Assembly (NCBI GenBank): GCA_015521115.1
Contig: WAOT01000056.1
Location: 1 to 24,000, forward strand
Direction of reading: 5' to 3'
DNA from: Desulfurococcales archaeon
Lineage (GTDB): Archaea; Thermoproteota; Thermoprotei_A; Sulfolobales; Acidilobaceae
Length of the DNA stretch: 24,000 nt
Every line of letters begins with the position of its first letter. Position 1 is the first letter of the stretch. Positions 9,456 to 17,535 of this stretch are shown here, one piece after another. The translations under genes and the position numbers were made by a program. The notes under the pieces were generated by a model, which saw only the letters and a program-made list of their open reading frames with translations, was not told the origin of the DNA and ran no database searches.

Positions 9456-9968
9456 GTGAGTGGTTATAAGGCGTGCTTTGTTCGATCCGTGCAATGGTCG
9501 TCCGAGGTGAACCCCTACATCTACATACTACTAATGAGCCTAGCACCCGGCTTCGAAGGGAGATACGCAGTCGTCACAGCGAGGGCTCTAGGCCTTGACG
9601 CTGGGCACAGTATCTTTGTAGCTTCATTAGGGGTAATCATATTATCATTCTTACTGCCCAGGGCACTACCATTAGCTGACATTGTAGCCGAGTCCCTCAT
9701 AAGGAGGGGGTGGGGCCCCCTGGCCCGGATAGCTTCCCTGTACTTGAGCTATGCGGAGAGGGCTAGAAACCGGGCCAGGCCTGTAGTGGAGAGATATGGG
9801 TTCCTGGGGCTCGTCGTTTTCGTCATGATACCCCTACCCCTCACAGGGGTGTGGACAGGCGCAATAGCGGCTTACCTGTTGGGTATGAGGCCCTGGAAGG
9901 CGGCATTAGCACTCGCAGTCGGGGGCCTCCTATCTATAGGGATAATGAGCGCCTCATTCCTCCATTAG
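9456..9968 (+). CDS. Small membrane protein, putative small multidrug export family (COG2426-like)
   Basis: The protein has four or five TM segments. The motifs LAPGFEGRYAVVTA near the N-terminus and PLPLTGVWTGAIAAYLLG match my recollection of this family. The start codon is uncertain. Confidence 0.55.
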   Translation: MSGYKACFVRSVQWSSEVNPYIYILLMSLAPGFEGRYAVVTARALGLDAGHSIFVASLGVIILSFLLPRALPLADIVAESLIRRGWGPLARIASLYLSYAERARNRARPVVERYGFLGLVVFVMIPLPLTGVWTGAIAAYLLGMRPWKAALALAVGGLLSIGIMSASFLH

Positions 9969-10081
9969 CTTGTAGAGAGCAGCTAATCGGATGCCCCCCG
10001 TTTTAAGCATATATCTATACCTGTACCGTCATAAATAGTCCACAAAACCCACACTACCTACAATGTGAGCATGCGAACCGG

Positions 10082-11272
10082 GTGAGTAACGTGCCAAAGA
10101 ATATTCTGATACTAGGAGGAGGCACTGGAGGAGTAGTAGCAGCACTAAGCCTTGCAGAGGCTAAAGAGAAGTTCGGCCTAGACTATGAGATAACACTAGT
10201 CAACAAGACTGAGTGGCACTACATGCCCCCACTCTGGATGGACGTAGCACTAGGGACAGCTAAGATCGAGGAGACCAGGGCGCCCATAAGAGGGTTAGAG
10301 AAGTATGGCGTTAAGGTTGTAGTCGGCGAAGCAGTAAATATAGACCCCGGGAACAGGGCCGTATCACTCGCCGACGGAACAACGCTAGGATACGACTACC
10401 TGTTCGTTGTCCTAGGGCTCAGAAACGGCTGGGAGGCAATTCCAGGCTACGCTGAGGAGGGCTACCACAACTATAGCCCGGAGGGTGCACTAGAGTTCAA
10501 CAATGCCCTAAAACAGTTTAAGGGAGGTAAAGTCGTCATAACAGTGCCTGAAGTTCCTTTCAGGTGTGGGATATACCCGATGGAGTTCGCGACAGTCCTA
10601 GCCTATAAGCTCTCCTCTAAAGGGATAAAGCCCGAGATCACACTCATGAGCCCCAGGATGCCAAATGGTGTAGATATAACGTATGCACTGGGCCCTGACA
10701 TTAAGAGGCTATGGGACAAGTACTTCAATATGTACGGTATTAAAGTGAGGACACACGATGGTATTGAGAAGATCGACGGTCAGAGGAAGGTCGTTGTGAC
10801 GAAGAACTACGAGGAGCCCTACGACCTCCTAATTAAGGTGCCCCCGCCAAGGTCTCCTAAGGTGCTAGAGGAGAACCCCGAGTTCCAGAAGGATCCGACA
10901 GGCAGGTTCATAGTTGCTAAGCCCCTAGACTTCAGGCATCCCAAGTATGACGACATATTCCTCACAGGAGAGCACAGCATGCCACCAACAGGACTAGGGA
11001 CGGCCGGCGTCTTCATACATGCAGCTTCCTACAGGGCGACCCAGATCCTGCTGAGCGACGAGTACGGTGTCGGAAGCCCAGGCCCAATACCTCCGGTAGC
11101 ATGTGTCGCCTATGTCGCGGACAAGGGCTTCCTAGGCGTGTGTGAGGTCACATTCGACGGGCAGACACACATGTGGAGCGGGCCGAGGTGCTATAACGTG
11201 GTGGAGAGCTACCTGATGAAGATGGTCAAGCACGCCTTCTACCAGGGGTGGCTTGACAGGCTCAGGCTCTAA
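10082..11272 (+). CDS. NAD(P)/FAD-dependent oxidoreductase, sulfide:quinone oxidoreductase / NDH-2-like
   Basis: There is an N-terminal dinucleotide fold NILILGGGTGGVVAA. A PFRCGIYPMEFA segment resembles the SQR Cys motif. A second Rossmann-like region follows, and the GEHS...GTAGVF region resembles the FAD-binding C-terminal motif. A DUF1641 partner lies downstream. Confidence 0.75.
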   Translation: MSNVPKNILILGGGTGGVVAALSLAEAKEKFGLDYEITLVNKTEWHYMPPLWMDVALGTAKIEETRAPIRGLEKYGVKVVVGEAVNIDPGNRAVSLADGTTLGYDYLFVVLGLRNGWEAIPGYAEEGYHNYSPEGALEFNNALKQFKGGKVVITVPEVPFRCGIYPMEFATVLAYKLSSKGIKPEITLMSPRMPNGVDITYALGPDIKRLWDKYFNMYGIKVRTHDGIEKIDGQRKVVVTKNYEEPYDLLIKVPPPRSPKVLEENPEFQKDPTGRFIVAKPLDFRHPKYDDIFLTGEHSMPPTGLGTAGVFIHAASYRATQILLSDEYGVGSPGPIPPVACVAYVADKGFLGVCEVTFDGQTHMWSGPRCYNVVESYLMKMVKHAFYQGWLDRLRL

Positions 11273-11287
11273 ATGTGGGGGTGATAT

Positions 11288-11728
11288 GTGATGGCGGAGA
11301 AGATAATTGCGGGAGACTTCGAGCTGGAAGCTCTAAAGGAGCTCCTCGAGGTCGCGGTAGAGCTCAAGAAGTCAGGCATACTAGGGATGCTAAAATCGTT
11401 CCTTAGCGAGGGCGAGGAAGCACTAGCGGGCCTACAGAGGGATCCAAGCCTACTAAGACTTGGAGTACTACTGGGAGCACTGTTCGAGGCGGCTAGGAGG
11501 CTCGAGGCGGAGAAGACGGTTCAGCTCAAGATGAACGTTGAGGACGCCAGCTACTGCCTCTTCAACACCCTAGCCGAAGTAAGCCCGGCCAAGGCCGAGC
11601 CTAAGGGCGGGATCTTCGGCCTGATGGGAGTTCTGAGGGATCCCGACGTCCAGAAGGGTCTTGGATACCTTATAGCCATGGCCAAGTCTCTAGGAGCGTG
11701 TATGAGGAGGATGGAGGGCAAAGCCTAA
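11288..11728 (+). CDS. DUF1641-family protein (usual partner of SQR/NDH-2-like flavoproteins)
   Basis: This 146-aa helical protein (LKELLEVAVELKKSGILGMLKSFL...) lies 15 nt downstream of the flavoprotein gene. The call rests on remembered family pattern and conserved gene pairing. Confidence 0.6.
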   Translation: MMAEKIIAGDFELEALKELLEVAVELKKSGILGMLKSFLSEGEEALAGLQRDPSLLRLGVLLGALFEAARRLEAEKTVQLKMNVEDASYCLFNTLAEVSPAKAEPKGGIFGLMGVLRDPDVQKGLGYLIAMAKSLGACMRRMEGKA

Positions 11729-11742
11729 CCCCTGAAAACCGC

Positions 11743-11747
11743 TTTTT
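11743..11747 (+). terminator. Oligo-T tract (TTTTT) downstream of the DUF1641 gene
   Basis: CGCTTTTTCC lies 15 nt after the TAA stop at 11726-11728. Archaeal termination commonly uses T-runs. Confidence 0.4.
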
Positions 11748-11786
11748 CCCCGGGGAAGGTCTCCTTCAGTACTGCATTATCTAATC

Positions 11787-13412
11787 TTGTCTTGCAAGTG
11801 TAAAATACTCATGAGACTAACCACCCTTACGGGTGCCATAGAGTTGAGCGGCTGTCCTGGTCTCTATGAGGCCTCTCCAGAAGACGCTGTCAGCGTTGAG
11901 CACGTCCGGGCCTCGGAGCTTAACGGTGTATACCTCGGCGTACCACTACTCCTCCTAATGGAGAGTGCCGGGAGGAGTGTGGCTGACGCCATAGAGTGTA
12001 AGCTAGGTAGTGTTAAGGGTAAGAGCGTCCACATACTGGCAGGGAAGGGCGGTAACGCTGGAGACGGCTTCGTCGCCGGCCGCCACTTAGCCCTTAGGGG
12101 TGCTAAGGTGGTAGTCCACCTATCCTCCCGTGCTCATGAGGTCACTCACCCGGATGCGAGGCTTAACCTAGAAGCCCTCATAAGAGCGGGGGGCGTGCGG
12201 GTGCTAGAGCCTGGTAAGAGAGGGTGGCTAGACCTTTCAACAGCAGACGTCATAGTTGACGCCATGCTGGGTATCGGGGTGAGGGGTGCACTCCGTGGCA
12301 GGATAAGGGATATGGCTGACGCGATGAACGAGTCGGGAGGCCTAAGGGTAGCCATCGACACCCCAACAGGCCTAAACCCCGATACCGGTGAGGCCGTGGA
12401 GGGGGCTGTGAGGGCTGACCTAACTGTGACAATGGGGTGGGCTAAGAGGGGCCTGTTCATGGGGAAAGCCCCACTCTATACCGGTGAGGTTCTAGTAGCG
12501 GAGATAGGCCTCCCGCGGGAGGCGGAGATATACGCGGGCCCTGGTGACGTTATAGCAAGGCTCCCAGACCGGCCTAGGGATGCGCACAAGGGTGTTGGGG
12601 GGCGAGTCTTAATAGTGGCCGGTAGCAAATACTATGTCGGTGCTGCCATCCTCTCCGCCGGGGCAGCTACAAGGAGTGGGGTCGATCTGGTATACCTCTC
12701 ATCCGTTAAAGGCACAGCTGTAGAGGCGGCCTCACGGTTCAGCAGTGTCATACCCGTACCCTACAAGGGTGATATACTGTCAGCCGATGACATTGAGAGG
12801 GTTGTTGAGACTGCTGCCAAGGCACACTCCATTCTCATAGGCCCAGGACTTGGTGCTGAGGAGGAGACCCTCGAAGCCGTAGCACGGTTATACAGGGAAT
12901 TGAGGGAGAGATGGCCAGACAAACCGATTGTCATGGACGCGGACGCTCTTAAAGCGATAGACAGGATAGGTGAGCTAGACGAGCTAACCATTATAACACC
13001 CCACAGGGGGGAGGCCAGGAGGCTCCATAGGAAGAAATCTTCCGATGATCTCAAGGCTATCGCAGAGGATATAGCCAAGACTATAGGCGCAACAGTCCTC
13101 CTGAAAGCCCCACACGACATCATATGCAGTCCAAGGGGGCCGTGTAGGGTCAACAGGAGCGGCGTCCCCGCAATGAGCGTCGGGGGCACAGGAGACGTAT
13201 TAAGCGGCATCGTAGCAGGCTTCCTTGCTAGGAGGGCCAGTAAAGGCTTAGACCCAGACCCCCTCAACACGGCAGCTGCAGCAGCATTCCTAACAGGGCT
13301 CGCCGGAGAGATGGCATACGAGCTCTATGGGGAAGCAATGACAGCCAGTGACGTCCTAGAGGTTATACCAAAGGCCCTGACAAAGTGTAGAGAACTCGTC
13401 ACCCACCACTAA
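11787..13412 (+). CDS. nnr: Bifunctional NAD(P)H-hydrate repair enzyme Nnr (YjeF_N epimerase + YjeF_C ADP-dependent dehydratase)
   Basis: N-domain motifs: LMESAGRSVA, ILAGKGGNAGDGFVAGRHL, VDAMLGIGVRG. C-domain motifs: KGVGGRVLIVAGSKYYVGAAILSAGAATRSG, IGPGLG, DADAL, ITPHRGE, GGTGDVLSGIVAGFLA. The start may be the ATG at 11811 instead of the TTG at 11787. Confidence 0.9.
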   Translation: MSCKCKILMRLTTLTGAIELSGCPGLYEASPEDAVSVEHVRASELNGVYLGVPLLLLMESAGRSVADAIECKLGSVKGKSVHILAGKGGNAGDGFVAGRHLALRGAKVVVHLSSRAHEVTHPDARLNLEALIRAGGVRVLEPGKRGWLDLSTADVIVDAMLGIGVRGALRGRIRDMADAMNESGGLRVAIDTPTGLNPDTGEAVEGAVRADLTVTMGWAKRGLFMGKAPLYTGEVLVAEIGLPREAEIYAGPGDVIARLPDRPRDAHKGVGGRVLIVAGSKYYVGAAILSAGAATRSGVDLVYLSSVKGTAVEAASRFSSVIPVPYKGDILSADDIERVVETAAKAHSILIGPGLGAEEETLEAVARLYRELRERWPDKPIVMDADALKAIDRIGELDELTIITPHRGEARRLHRKKSSDDLKAIAEDIAKTIGATVLLKAPHDIICSPRGPCRVNRSGVPAMSVGGTGDVLSGIVAGFLARRASKGLDPDPLNTAAAAAFLTGLAGEMAYELYGEAMTASDVLEVIPKALTKCRELVTHH

Positions 13413-13834
13413 CTCGACCTGCCCCTCCCTCCTCCCATTAGGGACAATACCCTCTCACGTGAGAGCGGAGGAGTATACCATATCAGCCCCTTCCATCCCA
13501 GGAGGCGCTCAAGCTCCCGGAACACCAAGTAATACGAGTTTCCACGCCATACAAGCAGTCCCCTGTCCTTAAGCACTCTAAGCGGTGTGGGGCTCTCTAC
13601 CGGGGGCACCGCCTCCCTATAATCGCCCCCACACTCGACTGCCACATGAGCTGGCATAGCGATCACACGGGCACCTTCCACTATCCCACTAATGTCAGTA
13701 CACTCAATTAGGATTAGGACGTCAGGCCTTTCACCGCCACCGCAACCCCTTCTGACCTCGAATCCAAGGTAGAGGAGGAAGTGCTCAAGACATGCACTCC
13801 ACTCGCCGCCGCCCACTATGCATGCAAGAGGCAC
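13409..13834 (-). CDS. Hypothetical 141-aa protein with five Cys, no family recognised
   Basis: The ORF starts at GTG 13834. A TATA-like ATTATATG on the minus strand (plus-strand coordinates about 13869-13876) lies roughly 35-40 nt upstream. There is no competing ORF on the other strand. The 3' end overlaps the nnr stop by 4 nt (convergent). Cys contexts are ACIVGGG, SACLEH, RGCGGG, IECTD and VECGGD. Confidence 0.45.
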   Translation of the reverse strand: MPLACIVGGGEWSACLEHFLLYLGFEVRRGCGGGERPDVLILIECTDISGIVEGARVIAMPAHVAVECGGDYREAVPPVESPTPLRVLKDRGLLVWRGNSYYLVFRELERLLGWKGLIWYTPPLSRERVLSLMGGGRGRSS

Positions 13835-14053
13835 ACCCGGTCACCATAAGAGGTGAGCTCGCTACCCATATAATATGAGAAGGGTTCCCGAAACCTTGGA
13901 GTTACCCAGTCTTTAAAGGGGGGCGTAAAACTCTTACCCCGCTTTTACACCTGCTCGAATCTGAACATTGAGAGGCTTGTAGTTGAGTGAGTACAGGTAA
14001 GCTCGTGGTGGCAAGCGGATAGCAACCTTCAACTCTGTCATAAAGATTATTGC

Positions 14054-14061
14054 ATTATATA
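14054..14061 (+). promoter_or_regulatory. TATA box for the Mrr-like nuclease gene (leaderless geometry)
   Basis: ATTATATA is centred about 26 nt upstream of the ATG at 14084. This is the classic spacing for a leaderless crenarchaeal transcript. Confidence 0.5.
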
Positions 14062-14083
14062 GAGGCTATAAGAGCTGAATGTC

Positions 14084-15307
14084 ATGTTAGAGATACGTGA
14101 TACAAGGCTGCGGTTTAGGTCTTGGGGGTCTGTATTGTCTAGGAGGCGTAATAGGGACAGGAGATCGAAGAAGTCCTCCAAGGGGAGGAGGTGGAGGGAG
14201 AAGGGTTATCTCTTCGAGGAGGTCGTCGCAGAGTACTTCTCCATGATCGGCTACACGGTTGTGAGGAACGTTAGACTCAGGGGCTACTCCGGGGCTCTCC
14301 ACGAGATCGATATACTCCTAGAAAAGGAGGGTGTCAAGGGAGTTGTAGAGGTCAAAGACTATTCTAGCCCTGTCTCAAAGGAGTGGGTCGCTAAAATACA
14401 TAGTGTCGCAAAGGATCTCGGATTCCAGGAGGTATACCTTGTCGCATCAAACGGCTTCACCGACGGCGCGGAAAAGGTAGCAAAGATCCTGGGAGTGAAA
14501 CTCCTGACATTAGACGACATATCACGGAAAATAGACATCCTCAAAGGGGTAGAGAGCATACCCCACTTCTACGCCAAGCCCCAGCTGACGAGGGAGAAGG
14601 CGAGGAAAGAGGCTGAGAAGAAGGCGGAGAAGATCCTCTTCATCTCAAGAGAGGAGGTCACAAGGGAGGAGTTCATCTACTACCCCTTCTATGCCGTCAA
14701 AGGCGTATACTCTTGGGAGGAAGAGGCCGGAATACCACCGTTCCGGAAGAGAATCCTGAGGAGCAAGGAGGTCGCCCTACTCTTAATGGACGCCAGAACC
14801 GGGAGCATCCCGATAATAGGGAAGAATAGATGGGAGCTCGTTAGCATTGGGAACCTGCGGGATAGTGAGAAGAGGATCCTAGCCTTACTCGTTGAAAACG
14901 ACATGACACGCGAGGAGTTCCTAGAGAAGACCCAGATGAGGCCCCAAGCTATGGGCAGGATCCTGTCTAGCCTGAAGAGGAAGGGCCTAATAGATGTAGA
15001 TGAGGACGGCACATACTATACTATCCTGCCGCCTATGGGGGATCTGGAGAAGGCCTACTCGGATCTCGAGCTCATGGACAGGCCTGAAAGGGGGTACCGC
15101 CTAGTAGAGCCCTCTATCACCTCAACTGTGGCCAGGCTAACCGCCTCATCCCTCTACGGTCTCTCAGACCCTGAGCCGATCCTAGTCTATTTACCGATCT
15201 ATAGGGCGAGGCTCACGAGGAAAGATGGTTCATATCGTATGGTGAACATTGGGGTCTGGAGTCGGAAGGCGGTTGAGATAGAAATTGGCGGGAAAACAGG
15301 GCTTTAG
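14084..15307 (+). CDS. Mrr-type (PD-(D/E)xK) restriction-endonuclease-domain protein fused to a wHTH and two unassigned beta-rich modules
   Basis: Residues about 41-146 fit the Mrr_cat layout: GYLFEEVVAEYFSMIGYTV...ALHEIDILLE...GVVEVKDYSSPVSKEWV...VYLVASNGFTDGAEKVAKILGVKLLTLDDI, with candidate D76, E89 and K91. Residues about 262-312 form a MarR-like wHTH (KRILALLVENDMTREEFLEKTQMRPQAMGRILSSLKRKGLIDVDEDGTYY). The N-terminal tail is very basic (RRRNRDRRSKKSSKGRRWREKG). Confidence 0.75.
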   Translation: MLEIRDTRLRFRSWGSVLSRRRNRDRRSKKSSKGRRWREKGYLFEEVVAEYFSMIGYTVVRNVRLRGYSGALHEIDILLEKEGVKGVVEVKDYSSPVSKEWVAKIHSVAKDLGFQEVYLVASNGFTDGAEKVAKILGVKLLTLDDISRKIDILKGVESIPHFYAKPQLTREKARKEAEKKAEKILFISREEVTREEFIYYPFYAVKGVYSWEEEAGIPPFRKRILRSKEVALLLMDARTGSIPIIGKNRWELVSIGNLRDSEKRILALLVENDMTREEFLEKTQMRPQAMGRILSSLKRKGLIDVDEDGTYYTILPPMGDLEKAYSDLELMDRPERGYRLVEPSITSTVARLTASSLYGLSDPEPILVYLPIYRARLTRKDGSYRMVNIGVWSRKAVEIEIGGKTGL

Positions 15308-15329
15308 GGGGTTTCTACTGGTTGGCTTA

Positions 15330-15788
15330 TTACTCTTTAGGCGTGAAGTAGAGGATGTCTGTTATGCTGCCCGTCCTCTCCTCTGCAGGTTTGAAGACAG
15401 GCTCGACCGGCATGCCCGGGTAGATCTTGTCTGGTTCTGCCTTAACCCTGTGTATTAGGCCTCCTGTGGCCCCATCAGGTCTTATGAGGGCTAGGATCTC
15501 GGGCTCGGGTAGGCGGTTGCCCTCTAGATCCTCGTATATTACAGTGTATAGGGTGACCCTCCACTTCCCTGTTATCTCTACTAACTCGCCCTCAACGTGG
15601 TCTGGGCAGAAGGTGAGTGGGGGTACAATGATCTTGTCGCCACACTTCATGCCAAGTATCTTGCCCTCTTTGAGGGCCTTGGCTAGCTCTAGCCCGTGAA
15701 GGCCGGGTGTGTATACGTATTCCTCGACCTCCTGGCTCCCGGGGTAGAGTATTACGTCCTCGACCCTCCTAGGCTTCCACCAGGACAT
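15330..15788 (-). CDS. DUF35 OB-fold protein with degenerate zinc ribbon
   Basis: It aligns with the neighbouring DUF35 paralog (KALKEGKILGMKCGDKIIVPPLTFCPDH versus KGLKEGKILGVKCPVCGRVYVPPRAFCEYCH). Two of the four Zn-ribbon Cys are replaced (CGDK...CPDH). The C-terminal OB-like region reads LIRPDGATGGLIHRV. Confidence 0.8.
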   Translation of the reverse strand: MSWWKPRRVEDVILYPGSQEVEEYVYTPGLHGLELAKALKEGKILGMKCGDKIIVPPLTFCPDHVEGELVEITGKWRVTLYTVIYEDLEGNRLPEPEILALIRPDGATGGLIHRVKAEPDKIYPGMPVEPVFKPAEERTGSITDILYFTPKE

Positions 15789-15794
15789 GCCTCT

Positions 15795-16328
15795 TCACCC
15801 CTCAACCGGCTCGAAGCACTCAATATCGTTGATGTCTCCCTTCCTCTCCTCCGGCGGCTTCCACCGTGGCTTCACCCTCATCCCGATTGCTTTACCGCTC
15901 ATCACGTCCTCTGGCTTAATACCGCAGAGCCTGTGGAAGAGGCCTGCGAACTCGTAGCTCCCCTCAGTGTAGCCCGGTGCGTCGAGCTTTATGACCCCAA
16001 CGATCTCAGGCTCCTCCATCCTCTCTCTGAAGGTTGAGATGTAGCTCACCACAGCAGTATGGATCTCACCAGTACCCGGCAGCTCAACCCACTCATTCAT
16101 AGGGACATGGCAGTACTCGCAAAAGGCTCTTGGGGGCACGTATACGCGTCCGCATACCGGGCACTTCACTCCCAGGATCTTACCCTCCTTGAGCCCCTTC
16201 AGGAACTTTGACTGTGCTATTCCAGCGCTAAACCTGTACTTTGCCTGGGGCTTGTAGCGGACTAGTCCCGGGAGGGAGTACATCTCGGCCCTCTTAAGGT
16301 ACCTCCCCGGAAGCTTATCCACGGTCAT
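15795..16328 (-). CDS. DUF35 (Zn-ribbon + OB-fold) protein, thiolase-complex scaffold family
   Basis: There is an intact C4 ribbon, CPVCGRVYVPPRAFCEYCH, followed by an OB-fold-like region (GEIHTAVVSYIS...IVGVIKLD). Confidence 0.85.
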   Translation of the reverse strand: MTVDKLPGRYLKRAEMYSLPGLVRYKPQAKYRFSAGIAQSKFLKGLKEGKILGVKCPVCGRVYVPPRAFCEYCHVPMNEWVELPGTGEIHTAVVSYISTFRERMEEPEIVGVIKLDAPGYTEGSYEFAGLFHRLCGIKPEDVMSGKAIGMRVKPRWKPPEERKGDINDIECFEPVEG

Positions 16329-16340
16329 CTCCTACACCCC

Positions 16341-17519
16341 CTAGTTCGAGAGGACTATAACAGTGCCCGCCTGCATCAGGTCTCCCCACGCTTGGGCTAC
16401 TCCCTTGTGGACGGGCTTCTTCACCTGCCTCCTGCCTGCCTCGTAACGGAGCTGCCAGAAGATCTCGGCAGTCTTCATTAGACCTGCCGCTGCGATAGGG
16501 TTCCCCACTCCTAGCAGTCCACCGCTCGGGCTCGTCGGGAGGTCTCCGTCCCTATAGAATACGCCCTCCTTCAGCAGCTTCCAGGCCTCGCACGGCCTTG
16601 CTAGCATTAGGCCCTCGATGTGGTGTAGCTCCTTATAGTCGAATGGGTCGTAGGGCTCTGCGACATCGATCTCCTTCCACGGCCTCTCGATACCTGCCAT
16701 CTTGTAGGCCATCCTAGCAGCGTAGTTAACATACCTGGGGAAGGCTAGCTCCCTGTTATACCAGTGGGTGTTGTCTAGTGTGAAGCCTATGCCCTCGACC
16801 CATACGGGGCTGTCAGTTATCCTCCTAGCCATGTTCTCCCTCGCGAGGACGAGGGCTGCGGCTCCATCGCTGACAGGGCTGATGTCAAGCCTGTTGACCG
16901 GCCATACTAGGAGCTCGCTGTTCAGGACGTCCTCTACCGTTATCTTGGCAGCGGCCTGTGCTGCCGGGTGGTCTAGGGCGTTCGCCTTGTTCTTCACGCT
17001 CACGAGGGCAATGTCCTCCTTCTTAGCGCCGCACTTATGCATGTACCTGCGCATCTCCATTGCGAAGATCCATATCAGGTTGGGGCCGAGGGGCCTTTCC
17101 AGGATCGGATCCCAGATGTAGGCGAAGACTCCCTGAGGGTGTGGGTGTGCCGGGCTCATCTTCTCCTCCGCAACAGCTAGAACAGTGTTGCACATTCCAC
17201 TAGCTACATGCCACCATGCGGCGACGGGAACCATTACACCGGTGCCCCCTCCAACGTAGACCCTGACTGTAGGCTTCATCCACCCACCGCTCCCGTCTGC
17301 AAGGTACTCGCCATTGAAGTGGACTCCATCGAAGGCGTCGGGGGCTGTCCCGATGACAACACAGTCTATGTCCTTCAGGGTCAGCCCAGCACTGTCTAGG
17401 GCCATCTTAGCCGCTTCCCAGGCCAGCTCCCTAGGAGTCTCTAGGAGCCTCCTCCGGAAAAGGGTCAGCCCTGCCCCGACAATGGCGACCTTATCCTTCA
17501 CATGAATGTTCGTCCTCAC
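16341..17519 (-). CDS. Thiolase-fold (SCP-x/archaeal thiolase-like) protein lacking the canonical catalytic residues
   Basis: Thiolase-like landmarks: KVAIVGAGLT, VLAVAEEKMS, VSVKNKANALDHP, ISPVSDGAAALVL, TSPSGGLLGVGNPIAAAG. Where the nucleophile motif (xxCxSG) is expected, the sequence reads VYVGGGTG. Confidence 0.85.
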   Translation of the reverse strand: MRTNIHVKDKVAIVGAGLTLFRRRLLETPRELAWEAAKMALDSAGLTLKDIDCVVIGTAPDAFDGVHFNGEYLADGSGGWMKPTVRVYVGGGTGVMVPVAAWWHVASGMCNTVLAVAEEKMSPAHPHPQGVFAYIWDPILERPLGPNLIWIFAMEMRRYMHKCGAKKEDIALVSVKNKANALDHPAAQAAAKITVEDVLNSELLVWPVNRLDISPVSDGAAALVLARENMARRITDSPVWVEGIGFTLDNTHWYNRELAFPRYVNYAARMAYKMAGIERPWKEIDVAEPYDPFDYKELHHIEGLMLARPCEAWKLLKEGVFYRDGDLPTSPSGGLLGVGNPIAAAGLMKTAEIFWQLRYEAGRRQVKKPVHKGVAQAWGDLMQAGTVIVLSN

Positions 17520-17535
17520 CTGACCATCACCCCCC

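Noticed and set aside
9130-9546. Track ORFs on the minus strand within the HIT gene
   Set aside because: They are antisense to a gene carrying the HxHxHxx histidine triad.
12146-13270. Minus-strand ORFs (104, 60 and 169 aa) inside nnr
   Set aside because: They are antisense shadows of the bifunctional Nnr gene, whose YjeF_N and YjeF_C motifs are both present.
13880-14050. Possible ncRNA in the 250-nt spacer between the orphan gene and the Mrr-like gene
   Set aside because: I found only short (4-6 bp), mostly A/U-rich or mutually exclusive pairings and no GC-rich block. Nothing exceeds chance.
15427-17505. Plus-strand ORFs (90, 113, 117, 63 and 63 aa) inside the DUF35/thiolase operon
   Set aside because: They are antisense to four well-supported minus-strand genes, and their translations are S/P/R/L-rich with no motifs.
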